From: Patescibacteria group bacterium
GTDB taxonomy: Bacteria > Patescibacteriota > Minisyncoccia > Phycocordibacterales > WO2-35-19
DNA length: 64,000 nucleotides
NCBI GenBank assembly: GCA_038056395.1
Contig: JBBUFS010000004.1
Coordinates: forward strand, 884 to 64,883
Direction: 5' to 3'
Made by a program: the position numbers and the translations under genes. The notes below the pieces were generated by a model. That model had not been told where the DNA came from, did not search any database, and saw only the letters and a program-made list of their open reading frames with translations. Shown here in pieces: positions 14,626-23,227 of this stretch; position 1 is the first letter of the stretch, and every line of letters begins with the position of its first letter.

Positions 14626-15543
14626 TCAATTATAAATTTTTAATGCCTTATTTGCCATCTCTATCGCCCCTTCTTTTGTTTTGGCAACCGCGAACCATCC
14701 TCCGTTAATGCAAAATACCGCCTCCTTTATTCCGGAAGCTTTTACCAGTTCTTCATCTCTAAGGCCGCGCCAATTTTCCGGAAATTTAACTCTGTCTATA
14801 TAATTATCCAGATTATTCCTGCCAGTTTGGATGCACCATTCCTGCTCCTCTTTTTGGGGATAAATAACAAACTTTATATTTTTATTCTGAGAGACCGCTT
14901 CGTGCCATTCCATATTTTTATCTAAAATTAAAATTTCCGGCTCATTTTGCTCTTTGATTGCTTTTAATGTTTCTCTCTCTCCGTTTATTAAAGCCCCGGC
15001 CCAAGCCATTTCTCTGAGCAATATCTCCTTGGCAAACTGCAGCGCTTTTTCAAATTGTTCACCAAGCAATTTTTCATTTTCCTCAGGGACCAAATTAAAA
15101 GCGCTTATTATATTGCCTATCCTATAATCATAAATATTGTAATCATTATTAGGAACAGAAATGGTTACGCCACTGTCTCTGGCGTCTATCGGCATTACAA
15201 GTTCTTTCTCAATTCTATCGGCAATTTCTTGGTCACCGCAAATTTCCTCCCCATATTTTTTCCAAACTAAACCAAAAGAAGCGTAAGGTATGCCATTTTC
15301 CCTCTTTCCGGCTCCGTTCCTCTGATGATGATCAAATCTATTTTTTTCTGGATCAAAAATTCCGCCCACATCCACCACCATGTCAGCTTTTTCTATAATT
15401 TCTTTTTCTCTACTCCGAATTATTTTAATTTTATTGTCTGTTTTTTCCGCCCAAAGCAAAAGTGCGGCGCAGGCAAAAACATCATCGCTGTGAAAATCGC
15501 CATTATGGGTTATCGCCGTAATTTTCTTTTTAAATAAACTCAT
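14626..15543 (-). CDS. MYG1/UPF0160 family metal-dependent hydrolase
   Basis: ITHNGDFHSDDVFACAALL motif (HxGxFHxD...) and DHHQRNGAG; about 305 aa. Confidence 0.55.
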   Translation of the reverse strand: MSLFKKKITAITHNGDFHSDDVFACAALLLWAEKTDNKIKIIRSREKEIIEKADMVVDVGGIFDPEKNRFDHHQRNGAGKRENGIPYASFGLVWKKYGEEICGDQEIADRIEKELVMPIDARDSGVTISVPNNDYNIYDYRIGNIISAFNLVPEENEKLLGEQFEKALQFAKEILLREMAWAGALINGERETLKAIKEQNEPEILILDKNMEWHEAVSQNKNIKFVIYPQKEEQEWCIQTGRNNLDNYIDRVKFPENWRGLRDEELVKASGIKEAVFCINGGWFAVAKTKEGAIEMANKALKIYN

Positions 15544-17498
15544 GGGGTTTTAGGCGCGTTCAGAGATTTTATTTTTTTATCATATTCAATAACGGTGCGA
15601 ACCAGCTCAGCATGGCTCCAGGTTAGAGGAGTGGCCGATAACGGGTCGCCGGTATAAGGGTTCAGCTGTTCTGATAGCATACCAGACCATGCAAACTTAG
15701 CCGTCCATTCTATATCTTTGGCCGTCTCCTGGAGTTCAGTGATAGAATTGGCAACTGCTATTTTATACTGGGTTAACCAGAGAGTAGTGACAAACCATGG
15801 ATTGCCGGTTGATGAACCTTCAATGTGGGAATATTTGTCCCCCTCGTAGCGGGCAAAACCGCCGATATTGATGCCTTTGTTCAAGCGAGCCGCTAAAATT
15901 TTAAATGCCTCTTTCATTCTGGGGTCGTCGGGAGACAGAACCCCAAAACGGAATGGGCCGTAAAAATTGCTGGCATCTAAGTTTGCATTCTTTTCCAGCT
16001 TGTCGCCAATCAGCTTGAAAAAATATTTATCTTCTTCGTTCCACAAAAGGGAAATAATGGCTTTGCGCAAAGATTCTGCTTCTGAATAAAATCTTTTGGT
16101 ATCTTCCTCTTTGCCTAAAATCTTGGCAAAATGGCCGGCCGAGATAAGGCCCCCGTAAACAACAGAAGCTGTAAACGGCAAAACTCCGTATTGCTCCTCC
16201 CATAAATCATAGCTTGGTAAAGGCAAGCCGGTGGAAACATCCCGATAATGAATCATAAACTCAGCCGCCTTTTTTATAAAGCTGTTATAAATGCTTTCAA
16301 TAAATTCCAGGTCTTTGGCTCTTATATAATGCTCCCAAAGGCCAACCAAAAGAATAGCTGTCTCATCCTCCTGAATGGCCAGCTGACGCTTGCCGTCCTT
16401 GACCCAAGGATGCCATGAACTTCCAAGAGAGTGATCAGGCTGGTATTTGTGCAAGACATAACCTTCTTCCGTTAAAATATCATTGGCAAAGACATAAAAT
16501 CTTTTGGAAACATCATAAAACCCGGCCAAGTCAAAACTCCAAGCGGTAAAACAGGCGTCTCTTGGCCAGATATATCCATAAGTGTCACCGCCATATTGGA
16601 CATTGCCTGAATCAGCTGAGGCTAGAATGCCACCACCATTGTCTGAATGAGCTCTCATCACCAAAAGCGAATCATAAAATAAATTTTTGGCCCGGTCGGA
16701 CAGCCCGGAAAATGACACTTCAACCTGACTGACCCAAGCCTGCCAAAAATCTTTGGTTGTTTCCACCAGATGTTCCGGAGATTTTTCAAAAATATATTCC
16801 AGCAGCTCGCATACTTCCTTATAGGTTTCTGCCGCCGCCACCCAATAATACAAAACGACAGATCCGTTACCGGGGACATCTTTGCTCCAGCCGATAATGG
16901 AATCCACTACCCCGTGCTCAATAGAATTTTTGGAAAGACTGCCGTCTTCGGCATCCTTCCAGGTGCCTTCTTTGCCCTCAGCGCCGCAAAAACCGATGCT
17001 GTAATCATCAAAAGGTTTGTTGCCGCACATGCCTCCAACCAGGAAAACTCTTCTGCCTTTATAATGAATAATGGACTCAATGGTGCTTGAAAAATAAGCG
17101 GTATCGGCGTGATTGGTGTCCCCTATTTTGAATTGCTGATTAAAGAATATTTTCAGCTGACGGGTTCTGGAATCATTATTGCTCAAAGTGATTTTCCTCA
17201 AAAAAATATTTTTTTCGTTGTAAACAATATCGTCCGATTGGATGGAAATTCTGGCTTTTTCATTGAAAGCTTCCGTTTTGGAAACCATGGAATTCCTTTC
17301 ATATTTTATGTCAATCTTCCATTCCCCGTTGTCAATCCAATGCATTCGGCCATCCGCAAAAACCCCAATCTTGTGCATTTGATTGGAGCCAATGTGATTT
17401 TCCTGTCCGGCATAAGGAAAATAAAAATCCCGCACTTGGCCAAATTTATCCAAGCACACCAACATGTTGCCATTCCCTAAAACCATTGAGCGAGCCAT
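15540..17498 (-). CDS. Glycoside hydrolase family 15 (glucoamylase/glucodextranase-like)
   Basis: 652 aa; N-terminus MARSMVLGNGNMLVCLDKFGQVRDFYFPY typical of bacterial/archaeal GH15 N-domains; (alpha/alpha)6 region with WPRD/WEE-type motifs. Confidence 0.65.
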   Translation of the reverse strand: MARSMVLGNGNMLVCLDKFGQVRDFYFPYAGQENHIGSNQMHKIGVFADGRMHWIDNGEWKIDIKYERNSMVSKTEAFNEKARISIQSDDIVYNEKNIFLRKITLSNNDSRTRQLKIFFNQQFKIGDTNHADTAYFSSTIESIIHYKGRRVFLVGGMCGNKPFDDYSIGFCGAEGKEGTWKDAEDGSLSKNSIEHGVVDSIIGWSKDVPGNGSVVLYYWVAAAETYKEVCELLEYIFEKSPEHLVETTKDFWQAWVSQVEVSFSGLSDRAKNLFYDSLLVMRAHSDNGGGILASADSGNVQYGGDTYGYIWPRDACFTAWSFDLAGFYDVSKRFYVFANDILTEEGYVLHKYQPDHSLGSSWHPWVKDGKRQLAIQEDETAILLVGLWEHYIRAKDLEFIESIYNSFIKKAAEFMIHYRDVSTGLPLPSYDLWEEQYGVLPFTASVVYGGLISAGHFAKILGKEEDTKRFYSEAESLRKAIISLLWNEEDKYFFKLIGDKLEKNANLDASNFYGPFRFGVLSPDDPRMKEAFKILAARLNKGINIGGFARYEGDKYSHIEGSSTGNPWFVTTLWLTQYKIAVANSITELQETAKDIEWTAKFAWSGMLSEQLNPYTGDPLSATPLTWSHAELVRTVIEYDKKIKSLNAPKTP

Positions 17499-17525
17499 GA
17501 GATTATTTTAACATAACTCCCCAAT

Positions 17526-17546
17526 CCCCTCTTATCTTAAGAGGGG
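17526..17546. repeat. Hairpin cccctctta-tct-taagagggg; same CCTC(Y)CTTAA...TTAAGRGAGG family as the hairpins at 150 and 210
   Basis: Inverted repeat read from the sequence between the GH15 start and the RelE stop. Confidence 0.4.
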
Positions 17547-17566
17547 GAAAACCAATTCCTTTCCCA

Positions 17567-17607
17567 GAGGGTGACCCTTGAGGATTCTGCCCCAAAGGGT
17601 CACCCTC
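17567..17607. repeat. 41-nt hairpin element gagggtgaccc...gggtcaccctc; an inverted, roughly 85% identical copy of the element at 26230-26270
   Basis: 11-nt perfect arms. Its reverse complement (gagggtgaccctttggggcagaatcctcaagggtcaccctc) aligns with 26230-26270 (gaggatgaccctttggggcagggtcttcaagggtcatcctc) with about 5 mismatches. Confidence 0.55.
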
Positions 17608-17620
17608 AAATTTTCATTTT

Positions 17621-17863
17621 TTACAAATTTTTATAAGTGTTATCGTTTCTTCTATCGATTTTTATTATTTTTACCTCTTTTTCGTTCATATAAAAAACAA
17701 TTCGAGCCTTTCCATTTTTTGCTCTATATAAACCGCCAAAACCTTTCAGTTTTTTAATGTTAAGGGTATGAAATTCTCTATTTGTAATCAATAATGCGTC
17801 TTGTTGAATTTGCAATCTTTCTTTGGGGGAAAATTTTATTAGTGACTTAAGGATTTTGTTCAT
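17621..17863 (-). CDS. Type II toxin, RelE/ParE family
   Basis: 80 aa; ...GLYRAKNGKARIVFYMNEKEVKIIKIDRRNDNTY fits the RelE/ParE C-terminal pattern; overlaps the upstream antitoxin by 17 nt. Confidence 0.65.
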   Translation of the reverse strand: MNKILKSLIKFSPKERLQIQQDALLITNREFHTLNIKKLKGFGGLYRAKNGKARIVFYMNEKEVKIIKIDRRNDNTYKNL

Positions 17864-18107
17864 TAAATTTCTTTATCATTTTGTATACCTTTTCTGCTGA
17901 AACTCCTTTTTTATTTATCTCAGTGAAATCAATGACTGTCTCCCATAAATTGTCATTATCTTCATCAAAAGGAATCATATTAAAAACAGGCCTTGATCGG
18001 CGAACAACAGTAAAAGATTCACCTCTACCTAAGCGATCAATATATCTACTTGTGTTTAACCTCAGATCCTTAAGGCCTATTATTTTATTTCTTATTTTAG
18101 TTAACAT
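17847..18107 (-). CDS. Type II antitoxin, Phd/YefM family
   Basis: 86 aa; LRLNTSRYIDRLGRGESFTVVRRSRPVFNMIP matches the Phd/YefM core (R.nl...ld.v..ge.v.itrrg.pvavl.p). Confidence 0.6.
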   Translation of the reverse strand: MLTKIRNKIIGLKDLRLNTSRYIDRLGRGESFTVVRRSRPVFNMIPFDEDNDNLWETVIDFTEINKKGVSAEKVYKMIKKFNEQNP

Positions 18108-18150
18108 ATATTAAAGTTTACCTAAAGATAAACTTCTGTCAAGCTCTAAA

Positions 18151-19410
18151 TTACACTTCGCTAAATCTCAGTGGCCGAACTCGGTGGAGAGAGACGCCGT
18201 GCTCTTGTTTTTTTTGAGCGTCAGTCAGACGCAGGCGCATATCTTGCATCACATTCATATAGGCAATAAAAGCTTCATAGGGCGATTCGTAGGGAGAAAA
18301 ATATTTATGGACATCGCCGTCATTCCACCACTTGGTGCACATATAATAGAAATGGTCGGAAGTCTGCAATTTTCGCCAATCTTCCAGAAGATCCAAATCA
18401 TCAATATGGACTATTTCTTTTCCTAAAGCATAAACCGTTTCCAAAGCTTGTTTTTGGAGGTCATTTGATATCCAAGCCGACAAATCACGTTCGGTGTCGG
18501 CCCAAGAAACATAGTAAGGCACATCCAGTTCCCCTTTGGCTTCATATCTGCCTATAACTTCCGACGGAGTGGCAAAATTATTATCAGGATTTTTTAAAAT
18601 TTCGGATGGCAGATATTTCAGAAATTCAAAAATGCCTGTGTCTTCCCACTGGTGCTCGCCAAAAGTTTCGTAATCCATAAAAAGATTTATGGTATCGCCA
18701 TTGCCGTTATGAGAAGAAACCCAGTCGGCAAATTTGGGCGCTGTCAATGGCCATCCCTCCCAGCTTTTTTGGGAAAATCTAAAAGCTACATCATCGGAAA
18801 GACGGTAATGTTTGAGCAAAAGTTTTATATTTTCAGTGCCAACCGGCTTGTAAATAAAAGTGGGGCTGCGCCAGCCCAAAATATGGTCAGCCCCTTCGGC
18901 CAAAATGCCTTTGTAGCCCATTTTCTCCGCTATTTTAGCTATTTCGTTTGAATAGATGAGCTCAGTGTTGCGAAAAACAGATGGGGTCACTCCAAACAAG
19001 TCTCTGATTTTTTTGCGATGAAGCCCAACTTGATTTATAAATTCTTCTTCATTATAAATAGAGGCCAAAGAATGATGATAAGTTTCCGAAAGAAGTTCAA
19101 CATTACCGGTATCCGTCAAAGCTTTGAATGAATCTATCACTTCCGGTTTGTATTTTTCAAACTGCTCCAGAGCCACGCCAGAAATGGAAAAACTGATTTT
19201 GAATTCCGGATTATTTTTTATATTTTCGAACAGAACTGCATTAGCCGGCAGATAACATTTACGAGCTACTTTTTCAATAATAGCTTTGTTGTCTAAACTA
19301 GTACCGCTCTCGTCATTGAAATAGGAGCTGTTTTGGCCCACATCAAAAATGCGATACTTGCGCACTCTCAAGGGCTGGTGAACCTGGAAATAAAAACACA
19401 CTGAAGGCAT
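18151..19410 (-). CDS. Glycoside hydrolase family 57 (alpha-amylase / alpha-glucanotransferase-like)
   Basis: N-terminus MPSVCFYFQVHQPLRVR carries the GH57 signature (FhxHQP); 419 aa. Confidence 0.65.
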   Translation of the reverse strand: MPSVCFYFQVHQPLRVRKYRIFDVGQNSSYFNDESGTSLDNKAIIEKVARKCYLPANAVLFENIKNNPEFKISFSISGVALEQFEKYKPEVIDSFKALTDTGNVELLSETYHHSLASIYNEEEFINQVGLHRKKIRDLFGVTPSVFRNTELIYSNEIAKIAEKMGYKGILAEGADHILGWRSPTFIYKPVGTENIKLLLKHYRLSDDVAFRFSQKSWEGWPLTAPKFADWVSSHNGNGDTINLFMDYETFGEHQWEDTGIFEFLKYLPSEILKNPDNNFATPSEVIGRYEAKGELDVPYYVSWADTERDLSAWISNDLQKQALETVYALGKEIVHIDDLDLLEDWRKLQTSDHFYYMCTKWWNDGDVHKYFSPYESPYEAFIAYMNVMQDMRLRLTDAQKKQEHGVSLHRVRPLRFSEV

Positions 19411-20632
19411 TGTCTAAAGAATTATATACTGAAATCAAAGATTCCGCCGCTTTTTTCCAGTGGATAGCTTTCACTTCTTCCCGCCCGTTTTCAGATAAAT
19501 GATTTTTAAATTTTTTATGCCGCAAAACACTTATCACTTTGTCTGCCATGTCGTCAACATCCCAAAAATGGGATTTTAGGGCAGTGGATAGTATTTCACT
19601 GACTCCGGATTCTTTGGAAACCAGCACCGGCACTTGTGAAATCATGGCCTCCAGCGGCACCAAACCGAAAGGTTCGGAGACTGACGGCATCACGAACATG
19701 TCAGCCGCTTTGTAAACCCTGGCCAATTCCTCACCTCTTAAAAATCCGCAGAAAATAAATCTGGCAGACAGGCCGCGGCTGGTCACCATTCTAATCATCT
19801 CCCCTTCCATATCGCCGCTGCCGGAGACCACAAAAAAAGTATTGGGCTCGTAAGCGAGCACTTTTTCCGCCATGGAAACAAAATAATCGGGGCCTTTTTG
19901 CAAAGTGATGCGGCCGACAAATAAAACTATTTGACTGCCATTTTGCTTTAACTTATCCAAATTATGTTCAATCATTGCCGAGTTGTTGTTGAATTCAACG
20001 CCATTGTAAACCACTTTCACTTTTTGGGCTGAGATTCCATACTTATTGACCACTTTATTTTTGGTTCTTTCGGAAACGGCCACAATAACATCCGCCTGAC
20101 GAAAACCTTCAAGCTCTATATTATAAATATCGGCATTGATTTTATCGCTGCCGCTCCGATCAAATTCGGTGGCGTGGATGTGGGCAACAAACGGCTTGCC
20201 GGAAATTTCTTTGGCCGCAATTCCGGCTGGATAAGTAAGCCAGTCATGGGCATGAATGACAGAATGCTTGTGTTTCCTGGCAATGGCTGGCGCGGCCAGC
20301 GCGTAAGACATTACTCTTTCCATCAAATCTCCCGATATAGACGCCGGCAGACCATATTTTTTAACTTCTTTAGAATTTGTGTGGCTGGCATAGCCGGCAA
20401 ATAAACTCCTGATTTGAATTTCGTTCATAAAATCGGTTGATTCATTAGCAAATACAAACTTACACCAAGGAGCAGAAATAGGAATTTTAAAAGGCAAAAC
20501 AAAAGTGAGGTCAACCCCGCTGGAAACCAGAGCTTTAGAAAGACCTTCGCAAGCGACTCCCAAGCCACCGCTGTTAAACGGCGGGAACTCCCAGCCGAAC
20601 ATTAAAACACTTGGTAATTTAAAACTGGCCAC
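19343..20632 (-). CDS. GT-B glycosyltransferase, glycogen/alpha-glucan synthase-like (GT4/GT5)
   Basis: VLMFGWEFPPFNSGGLGVACEGLSKAL (E-x7-GGL motif of glycogen-synthase-like GTs); C-terminal GT1-type region FCGFLRGEELARVYKAADMFVMPSVSEPFGLVPLEAM. Confidence 0.6.
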   Translation of the reverse strand: MASFKLPSVLMFGWEFPPFNSGGLGVACEGLSKALVSSGVDLTFVLPFKIPISAPWCKFVFANESTDFMNEIQIRSLFAGYASHTNSKEVKKYGLPASISGDLMERVMSYALAAPAIARKHKHSVIHAHDWLTYPAGIAAKEISGKPFVAHIHATEFDRSGSDKINADIYNIELEGFRQADVIVAVSERTKNKVVNKYGISAQKVKVVYNGVEFNNNSAMIEHNLDKLKQNGSQIVLFVGRITLQKGPDYFVSMAEKVLAYEPNTFFVVSGSGDMEGEMIRMVTSRGLSARFIFCGFLRGEELARVYKAADMFVMPSVSEPFGLVPLEAMISQVPVLVSKESGVSEILSTALKSHFWDVDDMADKVISVLRHKKFKNHLSENGREEVKAIHWKKAAESLISVYNSLDNAFSVFLFPGSPALESAQVSHF

Positions 20633-20642
20633 TTTATTTTGC

Positions 20643-21689
20643 TTAGGTTTGTTGATTATTGTAAGACATAATGGAAGGATAAATCTTCATCAGCGCGATG
20701 CAGGCGCTGACTACCACCGGACCGATCAAAAATCCAATGACGCCAAAAACTTCTATGCCGCCCAGCATAGAAAAGAGAACGACCATCGGGTGAACTTTTA
20801 TTTTGTCTTTCAAAAAAACAACCGGAATAATATTATCGACCAAACCGACGACAATGGCTCCCCATATTAAAAGCCCCACGCCCGCGCCAATACTGTGAGA
20901 CAAAAACAAATAAACCACCGCCGGCGCCACCACCACTGAAGTTCCCAATATTGGTATGAGAGAAGCGACGCCACCCACAAAACCCCAAAGCACCGGCGAA
21001 CCAATCCCAAAAACAGCAAAACCAATCCCGACAAAAACACCTTGAATAAAGGAAACCAAAATTCGTCCGCGCAAAACAGCGTCAACCGAAGATCTCAATG
21101 TTTGGATAAACTCCTCGTCATGTTCATCGGACAGAGGACTCCAGACCAGCAGGCCCTTTTTTATTTTATCCCCAAAAATGAAAAGGTGGTAAAGAGAAGC
21201 GAGCATCAATATAAAATTCAAAATGCCTCCGAAAACCGCGGCAAAGATAGAATCAAAATGCCCGATGATCCAGTTTAATATATTGCGGGCATATAATTCC
21301 AAGTTGACTTGAGAATCAATCAGACCGGGCAGAAATAAAGAGTTTATTTTATTAACCAGGACGTTTGCCTGAGAAATAAAACCTTGAGAACCCCCCCAAA
21401 AAGCCATGGAATTGTACAAACCAGCCGCTTCCTTTAGGAGGAAAGTTGACATAACTGCAATCGGAATAATTATAAAAACAAGGATTAAAAGGGTGGCGGC
21501 CAAGGCGGCTAATTTCTTCCTGCCATCAAATTTTTCAATTAACCTTTCATATAAAGGGTAAAAAGTAATAGCAAAAACTCCGGAAATAAATATGACACCA
21601 AGAAAAGGTTTAAGAATAAAAAACAACAAAACCAAAAGACCTATAGTCAGCACTATAAAAAAAGTTAACTGTATGGTTTTTTGAGGCAT
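20643..21689 (-). CDS. AI-2E family transporter (PerM/UPF0118) membrane protein
   Basis: 348 aa, about 8 TM segments, architecture and motifs typical of the AI-2E family. Confidence 0.65.
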   Translation of the reverse strand: MPQKTIQLTFFIVLTIGLLVLLFFILKPFLGVIFISGVFAITFYPLYERLIEKFDGRKKLAALAATLLILVFIIIPIAVMSTFLLKEAAGLYNSMAFWGGSQGFISQANVLVNKINSLFLPGLIDSQVNLELYARNILNWIIGHFDSIFAAVFGGILNFILMLASLYHLFIFGDKIKKGLLVWSPLSDEHDEEFIQTLRSSVDAVLRGRILVSFIQGVFVGIGFAVFGIGSPVLWGFVGGVASLIPILGTSVVVAPAVVYLFLSHSIGAGVGLLIWGAIVVGLVDNIIPVVFLKDKIKVHPMVVLFSMLGGIEVFGVIGFLIGPVVVSACIALMKIYPSIMSYNNQQT

Positions 21690-21759
21690 AAATGCAGAAG
21701 AGAAATTTTTTATCCCTTTAACCTGCTTCTATATTTTAACACAATAAAAACAGCAAGGG

Positions 21760-22392
21760 CTAAAATAGTGGAAAACTATGTCTTTTTTTGAATGCTAGAT
21801 TAAAAATTATAGGCAAAATAGAGAGAAAAATGATTAAAAAAATAATTGGCATAATATATTTTTCAATGCCGGGTATTGATGAGCCCAAGAAAAACCCTAA
21901 AAGAGACAAACCCACCGCCCAAAGAAGCGCTCCTATGATATTAAAAATTAAAAATTTCTTATAATTCATTCCTCCTACCCCAGCCAAAATAGGCGCAAAA
22001 GTCCTGACAATCGGCACAAAACGTCCAATAACCACCGTCATGGCCCCGTATTTTTCATAATATTCTTTGGTTTTATCCAAATATTTTTTGTTAAAAAACA
22101 ATGAGTCCTCTTTATTAAAAATCCTGTGTCCCACTTTAGAACCAAACCAGTAGCCAACATTGTCTCCCAGTATAGCCGCCACGCCCACCACCAGAATCAG
22201 CCAGTATACATTAAATAATCCCTGTGAAGCCAAGAGCCCGGCCGTAAAAAGAAGCGACCCGCCGGGCAAAAAGAAACCAAAAAAAACTCCCGATTCGGAA
22301 AATATAATAACAAAAAGTCCCAGATACCCTACCACTCTCACCAATTCAACAATATCTATATTAAAAATGCTCATTAGGTCATTATACCACAC
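21760..22392 (-). CDS. DedA/VTT-domain membrane protein
   Basis: GYLGLFVIIFSESGVFFGFFLPGGSLLFTAGLLA ... YGAMTVVIGRFVPIVRTFAPILAGVGGMNYKKF are classic DedA motifs. Confidence 0.7.
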   Translation of the reverse strand: MWYNDLMSIFNIDIVELVRVVGYLGLFVIIFSESGVFFGFFLPGGSLLFTAGLLASQGLFNVYWLILVVGVAAILGDNVGYWFGSKVGHRIFNKEDSLFFNKKYLDKTKEYYEKYGAMTVVIGRFVPIVRTFAPILAGVGGMNYKKFLIFNIIGALLWAVGLSLLGFFLGSSIPGIEKYIMPIIFLIIFLSILPIIFNLAFKKRHSFPLF

Positions 22393-22717
22393 GCAATCTT
22401 GCCGCTATGCCAAAATAATCAAAATACTTTTGCAAATCTTTGAGATTAGTGCCATATTCTTTGCCCCCTAAAATCGCGTCACAAAACACATCTCTAGCCC
22501 TACCAATTTCACGCAAGCGACCAAACCATCTTTTATCAGAAAGAGTTAAATCAAAAAGTTCCAAAGCTCTATCTGCCGCCTTTTTAAAAAGTTCCGGGTT
22601 TTTGTTTTCTTGTATTCTTGTTCGCGAAACCTCGCTTCCAATATTGCCCATTTGTTCGGCTAGGGAAAAAGCGAACCACCTGCCATTTGCCAAATATTTA
22701 TGTGTTATCTCACTCAT
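22382..22717 (-). CDS. Hypothetical protein (111 aa), possibly in the four-helix-bundle/HEPN-like superfamily
   Basis: No confident family. Stop/start fused with the upstream gene (shared nucleotide 22717) and 11-nt overlap with dedA, so likely co-transcribed. Confidence 0.4.
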   Translation of the reverse strand: MSEITHKYLANGRWFAFSLAEQMGNIGSEVSRTRIQENKNPELFKKAADRALELFDLTLSDKRWFGRLREIGRARDVFCDAILGGKEYGTNLKDLQKYFDYFGIAARLRVV

Positions 22718-23076
22718 TACTTAATAATTAATTTATTTACAATTTCTTTTATTTTTTCCCGCGTTTTTTTATCTTCAACATTTCGTGTCTTGTTTCCAAG
22801 CGCCGGCTTTAAATTTATCATTGAGTCAAATTCAACAAAATCTTCCTCGAAATTTTCCAGATAAAGGTTAATGCCCCAAGTGTCTTTTCTCAAAGAATTT
22901 TCATTTTCCATAAGCAGGGTCTCCATATCCGCATGCAACTCTCCTCCAACTGCCATAATCTCTTGCTCCACATCAACCACCGCTTTTACCATATCGCCAA
23001 ATCCTTTTTCGGCAATTTTCTTTAATTCAACTCTTGTTATCGGTTTTTTAATAATTCTTATTTCTGTCATGTTCAC
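22717..23076 (-). CDS. Hypothetical protein (119 aa)
   Basis: ORF with coding-like composition; first gene of the 23076 -> 18151 minus-strand gene string; no recognisable motif. Confidence 0.4.
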   Translation of the reverse strand: MNMTEIRIIKKPITRVELKKIAEKGFGDMVKAVVDVEQEIMAVGGELHADMETLLMENENSLRKDTWGINLYLENFEEDFVEFDSMINLKPALGNKTRNVEDKKTREKIKEIVNKLIIK

Positions 23077-23115
23077 ATTTTAACCAAAATCCACACAAAA
23101 AGAAAGCTGGCCTAA

Positions 23116-23140
23116 AGTGTCAAAGATGCCCTTTGACACT
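23116..23140 (-). terminator. Hairpin agtgtcaaag-atgcc-ctttgacact downstream of secA
   Basis: Perfect 10-bp inverted repeat 88 nt after the secA stop; on the minus strand it is followed by a cttt-rich stretch. Confidence 0.45.
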
Positions 23141-23227
23141 CCTTATTACCAGAAGATATATAACTCCAAATAGCAGAAACGACATACCAAGAATCCGAAA
23201 GAAAGTTTTGCTTAAATTAAAAAATTT

